This document shows, piece by piece, positions 27,840 through 36,974 of a DNA stretch of 64,000 bases (positions are counted from its first letter, which is position 1; each line of letters begins with the position of its first letter). Where the stretch lies: assembly GCA_963662285.2 (NCBI GenBank), contig CAXXMV010000006.1, forward strand, positions 960,001-1,024,000, written 5' to 3'. The notes below the pieces were generated by a model that was given only the letters and a program-made list of their open reading frames with translations, was not told the DNA's origin and did not search any database. The stretch is from a bacterium. Its GTDB lineage: Bacteria > Hinthialibacterota > Hinthialibacteria > Hinthialibacterales > Hinthialibacteraceae. The translations under genes and the position numbers were made by a program.

Positions 27840-30320
27840 ATGTCAGTGCAAGCGCGTACGATCCAGGATCAATATGATGCGCCTCAATTGCCCCGTCCGT
27901 TGGTCGGCGTGTGCCTGGCATTTCTATGCGGCATCGTCTACGCCCGGTTTTTTCCATGCAGCATTTTTTTAGCTCTGATCGCTCTGCTTATACTATGTCT
28001 GTCGTGGTTTACCATAGTCAGAAAGGGATTAATTAGACCCGATAGCGCGTTTCATTGGCGCATGGTCCTAATGCTGGCTGCTCTAGTGGGCGCAGTTCGT
28101 ATGGAGAGTTTGCTGCAAAGTTGGGATAACCAATTGTCTCTGGTTGCTGAACTATCCCGTATGGGTGATCAGGAGATCACGGGAACGGTTGAAGAGACGC
28201 GCATTTATAATAACCAGACCGGGATTGTTTTTCTGACTAACGTCAAACTGGCCAAATGGAACAGGGAGCGAATTTTACCGGGGAAACTTGAACTGCGAGG
28301 TTCAGCCAATAAACTTGGCGATTTTTATCCCGGCGACGAACTGCGGACTACTGGTCGAATATCACCCATCAGGGGGCCATCGGTTCCAACTGGATTTGAC
28401 TCGCAGACCTACCGCTATTCGCTCAATGTTTTCGCCAGTTCATATCTGGCCAGAGATAGTTCTATCTCTAGAACCGAACCTGAAGGATGGTCTCCCATCA
28501 GGGGTTTCGCTTATGGGGCGATGAATGATATTCAGCGGAAATTATCCCAAGACAAAAGTCTTTCATCTGAATCGATCAAACAATACACGGGCCTTATCGC
28601 GTCAATATGTTATGGTATCAAGTCTTTGACGCCTCAGGAGATTAAAGCCAGTTTATCGCGCTCAGGTTTGGCGCATCTGACCTCAATCAGCGGACTGCAT
28701 GTGAGCATGGTTTTGGTTGTATTGATGCTTTTGTTGAAGCGGATGGGATTAACCAGAAAGCAGGCGGCATGGATTACCGGCGCAGCGGCTATTTTCTATG
28801 TTCTGCTGGTTGGCGCCCGTATCCCGACGTTGCGGGCGGTGTTGATGACCTTCGTAATTTTGGGATCGTATTTTGCGGAGCGGCGCATCGATTCACTCAA
28901 TTCGCTGGCCTTGGCTGCTATTGTGTTATTACTGCTGTATCCGGGAGAGTTATTTCTACCATCGTTTCAGCTATCATTCATGGCGGTATTCACGCTGCTT
29001 TTGATATCTCCGGTTAATTTATATATTCTACGGAATTTTCGGTTCCGACCTTTGCAATGGTTTATGCAGGGGTGCATCACCTCAGCGGCGGTTATAACCG
29101 GGCTGGCGCCATTCACGGTCAGTTATTTTCATCTCTTCAGTTGGGGCGCTATTCCCGGCAACCTTATCGCCATTCCGGTGGTTGCATTTCTGCTGCCTAT
29201 CTCATACGCGTGGTCTTTTAGTATGATGCTGCCATTTTCCTGGTTATCCGGGCTGCTTGAGCAATGCGCGGTTTGGTTGTGCGACCTGCTGTTGGCTACT
29301 ATCAACTATTTTTCCCAAACTGTTTTTTATTATGAGATTCCACATATCCCCGTTGTTTGTACGATATTATTTCTTGGCGCTTTGATATTGATGAGTCGAC
29401 CGAAACTGCAATTGTTGGAAATTTATAGAATTCGGATTCGTGCGTATCATATTTCTCTGGCATTGATTGGATCAATGATTTGGCTGCCGATGGTTTATGC
29501 AAATTTTGAACCATTGCGTATCGATTTTGCTGCGCTCGGACAGGGCGACTGCATCATCATCCGCACGCCTGACAAGCGCACTGCTATCATCGACGGTGGA
29601 CCATCGCTACGTAATCAGAATCCTCTGCAAACGCCAATGCTGGTGAAATATCTGCAATCCGAGGGTATCGACCATATCGATGCCATGTTCGTGACTCATC
29701 CCCAATCAGACCATATCGGAACTTTAGGCGACGTCGCACAACATTTCCCAGTATCAATGTTGATTGAAGGGAGCAGGGAATCGGATATTGAAACATACAA
29801 GAAATTCGAGGATGTCATTGAGCATAACAACATTCCTAGAAAACTGGTGCACCGGGGGGATTATATTAAACTCGGCGAAACAACAACCCTGTGGGTGTTG
29901 CATCCCGAAGAGCAATCATCAAATATAAAACAAGACGTCAACGAACAGTCCATAGTGCTCTTGTTAATGCATCGCGATCTTGAGGCGCTGTTTACCGGAG
30001 ATATCGGCGCCAAGACGGAAAAAATGCTGTGTAAAGAATTTGATAACTGGGATATTGATGTCCTGAAAGTTCCTCATCATGGCAGCCGCTATGCAAGCAG
30101 CGTAGAGTTTCTGGAAGAGACCAAGCCGGAATTCGCCATTATCCAGGTGGGACGCAATACATACGGACACCCGCATGATGAAGCGCGATACCGGCTATTC
30201 GATATCGGCGCGCATGTGCTGCGCAACGATTACGACGGAACTATCCAACTGAGATATTGGAATAATGATATACGCCTCTACGCCACCCGGTCTAATAAGT
30301 TGTATATTTATAAACGGTAG
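27840..30320 (+). CDS. comEC: DNA uptake channel ComEC/Rec2
   Basis: GLAHLTSISGLHV, SFQLSF, GQGD, THPQSDHIG, KVPHHGS and YGHPH motifs. Confidence 0.93.
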   Translation: MSVQARTIQDQYDAPQLPRPLVGVCLAFLCGIVYARFFPCSIFLALIALLILCLSWFTIVRKGLIRPDSAFHWRMVLMLAALVGAVRMESLLQSWDNQLSLVAELSRMGDQEITGTVEETRIYNNQTGIVFLTNVKLAKWNRERILPGKLELRGSANKLGDFYPGDELRTTGRISPIRGPSVPTGFDSQTYRYSLNVFASSYLARDSSISRTEPEGWSPIRGFAYGAMNDIQRKLSQDKSLSSESIKQYTGLIASICYGIKSLTPQEIKASLSRSGLAHLTSISGLHVSMVLVVLMLLLKRMGLTRKQAAWITGAAAIFYVLLVGARIPTLRAVLMTFVILGSYFAERRIDSLNSLALAAIVLLLLYPGELFLPSFQLSFMAVFTLLLISPVNLYILRNFRFRPLQWFMQGCITSAAVITGLAPFTVSYFHLFSWGAIPGNLIAIPVVAFLLPISYAWSFSMMLPFSWLSGLLEQCAVWLCDLLLATINYFSQTVFYYEIPHIPVVCTILFLGALILMSRPKLQLLEIYRIRIRAYHISLALIGSMIWLPMVYANFEPLRIDFAALGQGDCIIIRTPDKRTAIIDGGPSLRNQNPLQTPMLVKYLQSEGIDHIDAMFVTHPQSDHIGTLGDVAQHFPVSMLIEGSRESDIETYKKFEDVIEHNNIPRKLVHRGDYIKLGETTTLWVLHPEEQSSNIKQDVNEQSIVLLLMHRDLEALFTGDIGAKTEKMLCKEFDNWDIDVLKVPHHGSRYASSVEFLEETKPEFAIIQVGRNTYGHPHDEARYRLFDIGAHVLRNDYDGTIQLRYWNNDIRLYATRSNKLYIYKR

Positions 30321-30337
30321 TAAATAGGAGATTATTA

Positions 30338-31519
30338 ATGAAACGATTTATGTGCATAAATTGGAATCGAATAGGGCTGATACTATCTTTCTCGATAGTT
30401 GGATATACCGCTTTTTGTGCGGATGCATCGCAGGATGCGATTCTCGAAGATGACGCCTTACGGTCCGCTGTGCTTGAGGTATTGGAAAATGAATATGGCG
30501 TCTCAGGAATCGAATTGATCAGCGATGCCATGTGGGAAAGAATTAGCGCTCTTGATGATTACAAAACCTGGAGAAATTCATTAGTCGAAAAACTTGAATC
30601 CGGCAGCCAAATTGCAGAAACCAATTTGGGCGCCATCGAGTACAAAATCCAAGGTTCTGGTCCTATCATCCTGATCTCTCATGGCGGCTTCACTGGGTAT
30701 GATATGTTGAATATCTTGGGAAAATTATCCACCGAAGGATTTACTCTTATCTGTCCTTCACGTCCCGGTTATCTTCGTACGACTTTGACGGAAATGGTAA
30801 CATTCGAGCAAGAAGCTGATATGTTCGCCGCTCTTCTCGATGCCTTGGGCATAGATGAAAAGGTAGTCATATACGGAGCTTCTCTCGGCGGTCCCACGGC
30901 GTTGCAATTCGCGCTTCGATATCCCGAACGTGTATCTGCGGTAATTCTTCAGGATGCCGTGACTACCGATTATACAGCCTTTTCAGGCGAACAATCAGAG
31001 AGTTTATTGATTACGGAATTATTAATAGGTGAAAGCGGACTCGACCAAAGGTCTTGGCTTCAGCGTCTGATATGCGACCGCTGGTTGACTACTCTGTTTT
31101 ATCAGTACATCCAAATTACGAATCACTTTGATGCGGACGCCAACCAGAGCATCGCGTCGCAAGTGATGTCACTTTCCAGTGAACGAGCAAAATTTTCTCA
31201 GCTAATAGATATGTTCGCCCCGTTGAGTATGAGATATCCGGGAACCATGCAAGAAATGGCGCAAACCGCCGACTTACCCGAGTATCCGGTGGAAAAGATA
31301 CAAGTTCCATTCCTTTATACTCAAAGCACGGTGGACAGTGATGTGGAAATACGTCATGCGGAATTCATTCAGGAACGTATTCCCACTGCTAACATTTATA
31401 CATTCGAAGGCATAGGGCATTTCTTCTGGTTCGGCGCTGAATGGGATACTATTCAAAGTGTTATGATAGAATTCCTTAAAACAAACGCCGCCTCCGGATG
31501 TTTTATGCAGTATCGATAG
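30338..31519 (+). CDS. Secreted alpha/beta hydrolase
   Basis: HGG, SRPGY, GASLGG nucleophile elbow, C-terminal GH, signal peptide. Confidence 0.85.
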   Translation: MKRFMCINWNRIGLILSFSIVGYTAFCADASQDAILEDDALRSAVLEVLENEYGVSGIELISDAMWERISALDDYKTWRNSLVEKLESGSQIAETNLGAIEYKIQGSGPIILISHGGFTGYDMLNILGKLSTEGFTLICPSRPGYLRTTLTEMVTFEQEADMFAALLDALGIDEKVVIYGASLGGPTALQFALRYPERVSAVILQDAVTTDYTAFSGEQSESLLITELLIGESGLDQRSWLQRLICDRWLTTLFYQYIQITNHFDADANQSIASQVMSLSSERAKFSQLIDMFAPLSMRYPGTMQEMAQTADLPEYPVEKIQVPFLYTQSTVDSDVEIRHAEFIQERIPTANIYTFEGIGHFFWFGAEWDTIQSVMIEFLKTNAASGCFMQYR

Positions 31520-31534
31520 ATGACGCAATTTTTG

Positions 31535-31954
31535 TCAATCAGGATAGACGAAATCCATTGTGATCTTGGTATCAGGATGCAGGCTTTGTTTTACAGGACA
31601 AGCCTTGGCGGCCGCTTCTAATTTTTGACGGTCAGTCTTGGAAAATTTTTTGCCTGGAGGCAGAGTTATGGTTACTATTATCTCTCCGATACGGCGTACG
31701 GGATCAGCGGCCATTTCTTTCACCACATGGACTTTGGTTCCGATGATATCCAATTGATTGGTCTGCGCCGTAAGCCCCATGATGGTGACCATGCAACTGC
31801 CCACTGCGGTGGCGACTAGATCGGTGGGGGAGAAGGCGGCGCCTTTGCCGCCATTATCCACAGGGGCGTCAGTTGTCAAGGTATCTCCTGATGGCCCATG
31901 CTTAGCTGAACAACGTAAATCACCTTCATACTGAATATCTATGTTAACTGACAT
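31535..31954 (-). CDS. OsmC-family protein
   Basis: TDAPVDNGGKG..FSPTDL and CPV motifs. Confidence 0.9.
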   Translation of the reverse strand: MSVNIDIQYEGDLRCSAKHGPSGDTLTTDAPVDNGGKGAAFSPTDLVATAVGSCMVTIMGLTAQTNQLDIIGTKVHVVKEMAADPVRRIGEIIVTITLPPGKKFSKTDRQKLEAAAKACPVKQSLHPDTKITMDFVYPD

Positions 31955-31989
31955 TTTTTATATCCTTTTCGATATAATTTTATGTTATA

Positions 31990-33108
31990 TCAGGCAGGCA
32001 ACCTTAACTCAAAAGTGGTACCTTTGCCCTCTTCACTCTCTACTGAAAGTTTTCCATTGTGTAACTCAACCAACTCTTTGGCTATAGATAATCCCAGGCC
32101 GCTGCCTTTGGCGAAGTGTTGTGAAGCAACCGAACGAAAGAAACGATCCCATATTTTTTCACAGTCTTCTTTAGACATACCGATGCCGGAATCTTTAACC
32201 GAAAGGATGATCTGGTGTGGCTGAGTGGATGATTCATCTTTTCGCAAACTTATATTTACTTGACCGTTATCAGGGGTGTACTTGATTGCATTACTGATCA
32301 GCTCATTGACCACCCGCTGTATCTTTCCTCCATCGGCTTGGATTTTGCATGAATCAGAAATCTCATCTAGATTAAGCATAATTTTCTTTTGATCAGCCGC
32401 CGGTGCGCATTCCAGTACGGTATTTTGAACCAGGGCTTTCATGGATAGTTCGCTTTTAGTCAAATTAGTCCGTCCAGATTCAATGCGGGATAGATCGAGC
32501 ACATCATTTATCAAATGAGTGAGACGGTCAACCGAGCTGGTTGCGCGTCCCAGTATACGTTGCTGTTTTTCGGTCAGTTCACCTGCTATGCCCAGAGAAA
32601 GATTATCCAGGCTGCCCTTAATAGCAGTCAGCGGCGTACGCAGATCATGAGACGCCTGAGACACGAAAGCGGTTTTCATCTCATTCAGTTCCTGCAAGCG
32701 TTGGTTAGCCACTTGCAGTTGGGTATTGGCGCTGTTCAGTTCTTCGGTGCGTTGATGCACCCGTTCTTCCAGTTCATCGGTCAATGCTTTCAAGTCTTGA
32801 ATGGTTGAAGGGTATTTCAATATGGCCATAACAACTATCCGGCAAGCCTCAATACTGGCGACAAAAAGATACATAGAAATAAGCGTATGTATCGGAACAA
32901 GAATATTGAGGATGCTTATCACTATGCCTAAAATAATGAAGACGGCATATACCTTGGGTAACTCTGTATAAAATATCGAATAAAAAAAATGTAATACAAC
33001 CAAAGCGCCCAATGACATTAGAGAGTAATAAAATTCCGCTCTGAATATTATGAGAATGCATAGTAAATAGAAAAACAGTATTTTATGTTTACCCAATGCT
33101 TCTGACAT
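31990..33108 (-). CDS. Membrane sensor histidine kinase (short, possibly truncated sensor)
   Basis: SHDLRTPL H-box, ELISNAIKY, DSGIGM and GSGLGL. Confidence 0.85.
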   Translation of the reverse strand: MSEALGKHKILFFYLLCILIIFRAEFYYSLMSLGALVVLHFFYSIFYTELPKVYAVFIILGIVISILNILVPIHTLISMYLFVASIEACRIVVMAILKYPSTIQDLKALTDELEERVHQRTEELNSANTQLQVANQRLQELNEMKTAFVSQASHDLRTPLTAIKGSLDNLSLGIAGELTEKQQRILGRATSSVDRLTHLINDVLDLSRIESGRTNLTKSELSMKALVQNTVLECAPAADQKKIMLNLDEISDSCKIQADGGKIQRVVNELISNAIKYTPDNGQVNISLRKDESSTQPHQIILSVKDSGIGMSKEDCEKIWDRFFRSVASQHFAKGSGLGLSIAKELVELHNGKLSVESEEGKGTTFELRLPA

Positions 33109-33228
33109 TTGTCTACCTCAAGAGAGTTTCAGTAATAGGTCAGCAAACTGAAATGCATAATCCCTAAGTTTTGGAGCGTTTTGGATGGGGTTGATTCATC
33201 GAAGAGCAACCCCCCCCCCTCTAACTCA

Positions 33229-34735
33229 TGTAAAGGCCTGGGACATGGGTAACAGGTGTTCGGGGACATAGGTAACACATTCCCTGAGTGTATTCTAGCC
33301 TTGAAAGGAGGCGAAGAATATGCCCTGGAACGAGGTGGACCTTATGTCTCTGAGAAAAGAATTCGTATTGTTGAGCCAGCAAGAAGAAAGCAACATCAGC
33401 CAATTATGTAAACGGTTTGATATCAGCCGTAAGACGGGTTACAAATGGATCAAACGGTACAAAGAAGGAGGAGTCGAAAATCTCCAAGACCGTTCCAAAA
33501 AACCCAATACTTGCCCTCATCAAACAGATAAGTCTATCGAGCAAGCCATTACAGAAAATCGCGAAAAAGGATGGGGAGGACGCAAAATTCGCTCTCGTCT
33601 GATTCAATTGGGATACGAAAATGTTCCTAGCGCCAGCACTATTACTGCCGTGTTACGCCGACTGGGATTGCTGGATGAAAAGGAAAGTCACAAGCACAAA
33701 GCCTATAAGCGTTTTGAAAAAGATACGCCCAACGAATTGTGGCAAATGGATTTCAAAGGAGATTTTCCCACGCTCAAAGCACGCTGTTATCCGCTCAGCA
33801 TTCTGGATGATTGCACGCGCTTTGTTCCCGGATTATTTTCGTGCGCCAATCAGCAAAGGGAAACCGTGCAAGACTCCCTGGAAAGCGTGTTCAGGATGTA
33901 TGGTATGCCTCGGGCGATGTTGATGGATAACGGAAGTCCGTGGGGAGGATGCAAAACCTGCGAATACACCAGATTGACAATATGGCTGATACGATTGGGT
34001 ATTCGCGTGTATCACGGTCGCCCCTACCATCCGCAAACCCAAGGCAAGGTCGAGCGATTTCACCGGACCTTTAAGCAAGAATTGCTGATAAGGGAATCGT
34101 TTGTGGATTTGGAATATTGCCAAAGGCGGTTTGATGAGTGGCGTTATGAATACAATTTTGAGCGTCCTCACGAAGCCCTGGATATGGATGTCCCGGCTAA
34201 CCATTATACGTCCAGTCCTTTTGTTTATCCGGGAAGTTTGCCGGATATCGAGTACGCGCCGGGCAGCATTATCAGGAAGGTGCAACAAGGAGGTCGGGTG
34301 GCGTACCGTGGTGAAGATTACCGGGTGAGCCGCGCCCTGGTAGGATGCCCGGTTGCCTTGAAACCCGCTATGACCGATGGGATGATGGACGTATATTTTT
34401 GCCGACAAAAAATCAAGACGCTCGATCTGCGTTTGAATGAAATCAAAGAAGATAACTTGGCAATCCAGAAAAAGGCGTCACAATAGAAATTGGTTGGGCG
34501 AAACGGAAGCGGGCGCTGCAGGAGTGCAACCCGCCAGGGATAGCCGATCCGAGGTGCGAGGGATAATGCAGGAGGTGAAATATTCACCTCCTCCCTCTAA
34601 GCCAACCAATTATCCTGAGCATCTCTAGATGCCTAAAAAAAAACTCAAACAATAACCTGGGATAAATCCCGGTTTTGATAAAAAACTGTAACCCATGTCC
34701 CCGAACATGTGTTACCCATCTACCCGGTCTGTACA
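33229..34735 (+). mobile_element. IS481-family insertion sequence
   Basis: TGT...ACA ends with ~49-bp imperfect IRs containing internal repeats (GGGACATRGGTAACA). 5-bp direct repeat ACTCA at 33224-33228 and 34736-34740. Confidence 0.92.
33320..34486 (+). CDS. IS481-family DDE transposase
   Basis: MPW start, HTH (LCKRFDISRKTGYKW), WQMDFKG, DNGSPW and HPQTQGKVERFHRT. Confidence 0.95.
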   Translation: MPWNEVDLMSLRKEFVLLSQQEESNISQLCKRFDISRKTGYKWIKRYKEGGVENLQDRSKKPNTCPHQTDKSIEQAITENREKGWGGRKIRSRLIQLGYENVPSASTITAVLRRLGLLDEKESHKHKAYKRFEKDTPNELWQMDFKGDFPTLKARCYPLSILDDCTRFVPGLFSCANQQRETVQDSLESVFRMYGMPRAMLMDNGSPWGGCKTCEYTRLTIWLIRLGIRVYHGRPYHPQTQGKVERFHRTFKQELLIRESFVDLEYCQRRFDEWRYEYNFERPHEALDMDVPANHYTSSPFVYPGSLPDIEYAPGSIIRKVQQGGRVAYRGEDYRVSRALVGCPVALKPAMTDGMMDVYFCRQKIKTLDLRLNEIKEDNLAIQKKASQ

Positions 34736-34956
34736 ACTCAATGTCATTAAGTTAAGTAATTTTCACTCTACAATGGGTGGCTTGATCAAGGGCTGACCGC
34801 AATGAGGTCTTGCCCTTGCCACCTATGCCTAATGTTATTAACTTAGTTGTTTTGTATATCACCCTAACCCTCTCCCGGCGGGAGAGGGGACAACACGGTT
34901 AACTTAATGACATTGCCCTCTAACTCCCCCCAGACTTGGGGGGAAGAATTAATGCC

Positions 34957-36936
34957 TTACCGTTTCTCCACGCCATCTGATAGTACAGGAAATTCTGTGA
35001 TTCTAAGACGGGTGCTTCCATACGGAATTAATTCCAGTTCTTCAATTTCAGTATGCTGCTCAACCGGGCTTTGTGGTGGAGCGTCAGCGCTATTATCAAC
35101 GATAGTCCATTCTGGAACCAGGCGGCCTTTGACTTTTAAGACTACTGGATAATTTTTATGATCAAAAGGAACCGAACTTATGGAACTTGTTTCAACCTGA
35201 ATTGAGTTTGCCGGATTATCCCGGTCGATCTGCAAGGCATAATTCCAAGGCGTACCGGGATATACGGCATAATCAATCACAGGCAACTCTTTATGATGCC
35301 GCTTAAGTGGTTTGAAATACTCATCTATCTTGAGAGAATAATAGAGCGGGCCGCGTAGAATTGATACAGAATTGTTGTAGCGCGTTTCGGTGCGCAGTTT
35401 CATGGGCAAGTTTAATTCAATAGCGTCACCGGAATTCCAGGTGCGGTTGATAACCAGATATTCTCCTGCTTTTGGTTTAGCAATTTTATCCTCAATCTTT
35501 CCGTTAATAGTAACGCTGGCGCCTTCGGCCCATGCCGGAATGCGCAGATGGATCGGGAATTGCGCTTTTTGGTTTAATTTTACCATGAATTTTATAGCGC
35601 CATCGAATGGGTAATTAGTCTCCTCAGTTATCTCCGCATCAACTCCATCGGCCACTTTGGCCTGAACCACCGAAGGACCATAAGCCACTGCCGCCAGCCC
35701 GTTATCATGAGTCGCCATCCACATGTGTGAAACGAATTTAGGCCAGCCCTGATGCATATTCGCCGTGCAGCATCCAAAGTTAGGCTCCAGGCCATATAAA
35801 TTTGAATAGTCTCCATTGGTGCTCCAATGCCGCTTGGCTATGGTGCAGACTACCTGGTTGGATTGTTGATCATACTGATGCGCCCAATAATCGGGAGTGC
35901 AGGTTCCCGGATTGGCGTTATAAGCCAATAATTCCAGTCTATCAGAAAACATGGGGTCGCCGAAAGTTTCGATCAGGTTCTCCAGAGAGAACATAAACTC
36001 GACTACGCCGCATAGTTCGGTTCCCTGTGAAGGGTGGCGGCCTGATAAATGCTCATCGCCGGAATAGCGGCCAGCAACCTGACCATGATATTTATCAAGA
36101 TTCCTGATAGCTGCATACGAACCATTTTTGAAACGATCTTCTTTAGCGTGAACATAAACCAGACCGGGATATTTAATGGCCATGCCCAGATTGACTACAT
36201 GGCAGGGATGACCATAATCCTTGCGTTTTTTAGTCCATTCATCGTTGTATGGGAAATTGTTAAAATGCTCCGCCCAATCGAAGCAATTGCGATAGATGCT
36301 TTCAGCGGTTTGTAATATATCGGCGTCGCCAGTGCGGCGGTAAAGCCAATATGCGGTTACTAAATTTTCCATAGCCCGTACGCCGCGCCATTCGCGGTCA
36401 GGCCAGTCCGGGGCATGTTCTTTTAGATACTTAAAATAATTCTTAATAATATTAAGCGCCCGTTCATCATTGGTGACTTCGTGATATTGAATCAGTACTT
36501 TTAATCCCACCGCCAATGGCCAGCGGTCGTTATTCTTTGCAGGACCAAACCAACCGTTGGATTGACCAGTGGTCAGGATATGATCCATCCAATCCTGTAC
36601 TTTTTTAATCAACCTCTCATCGTCCAGCAGGTAGGCCAGTGGAACTAATCCATCCAAATAATAAGGTCCACGCTCCCAGGAGTCGCCCGAACCGCCTTTC
36701 CAGGCTGATTCTGATACTGTTTTCCAGAATTCATCCAGATGCCCGGTCAAGCCGTTGGCCTGTATGGTCAACTGATCTTTGAGCCATCCCTCAGGTTTAA
36801 CCGCGCCCAGTGGAAGAGAGACGAATTTGGTTTGCAATAATGGAGCGGAATTTATAGGATAATGCTGGTTTTCTGAATAAACTAATCCAGGCAGCATCAT
36901 GCATAAGGTTAGCGTGAAAAAAGCGATTCTCTTCAT
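34957..36936 (-). CDS. GH127-like glycoside hydrolase (beta-L-arabinofuranosidase type)
   Basis: Signal peptide, WERGPY, GTELC, GCCTANMHQGWPK, ETNYPF and LRIPAW. Confidence 0.88.
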   Translation of the reverse strand: MKRIAFFTLTLCMMLPGLVYSENQHYPINSAPLLQTKFVSLPLGAVKPEGWLKDQLTIQANGLTGHLDEFWKTVSESAWKGGSGDSWERGPYYLDGLVPLAYLLDDERLIKKVQDWMDHILTTGQSNGWFGPAKNNDRWPLAVGLKVLIQYHEVTNDERALNIIKNYFKYLKEHAPDWPDREWRGVRAMENLVTAYWLYRRTGDADILQTAESIYRNCFDWAEHFNNFPYNDEWTKKRKDYGHPCHVVNLGMAIKYPGLVYVHAKEDRFKNGSYAAIRNLDKYHGQVAGRYSGDEHLSGRHPSQGTELCGVVEFMFSLENLIETFGDPMFSDRLELLAYNANPGTCTPDYWAHQYDQQSNQVVCTIAKRHWSTNGDYSNLYGLEPNFGCCTANMHQGWPKFVSHMWMATHDNGLAAVAYGPSVVQAKVADGVDAEITEETNYPFDGAIKFMVKLNQKAQFPIHLRIPAWAEGASVTINGKIEDKIAKPKAGEYLVINRTWNSGDAIELNLPMKLRTETRYNNSVSILRGPLYYSLKIDEYFKPLKRHHKELPVIDYAVYPGTPWNYALQIDRDNPANSIQVETSSISSVPFDHKNYPVVLKVKGRLVPEWTIVDNSADAPPQSPVEQHTEIEELELIPYGSTRLRITEFPVLSDGVEKR

Positions 36937-36974
36937 CTTTTATTCTCCCCAATCTGATATGTGATTATGATATG

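Larger units (their letters stand above)
33227..34915. mobile_element. ~177-bp MITE (TIR CAATGTCATTAAGTTAA) with 10-bp target duplication, interrupted by IS481
   Basis: TIRs at 34739-34755 and 34899-34915. CCCTCTAACT is duplicated at 33217-33226 and 34916-34925. Confidence 0.8.

Noticed and set aside
33833-34628. Extra ORFs within IS481
   Set aside because: They are antisense or alternate-frame shadows of the transposase and IS tail.
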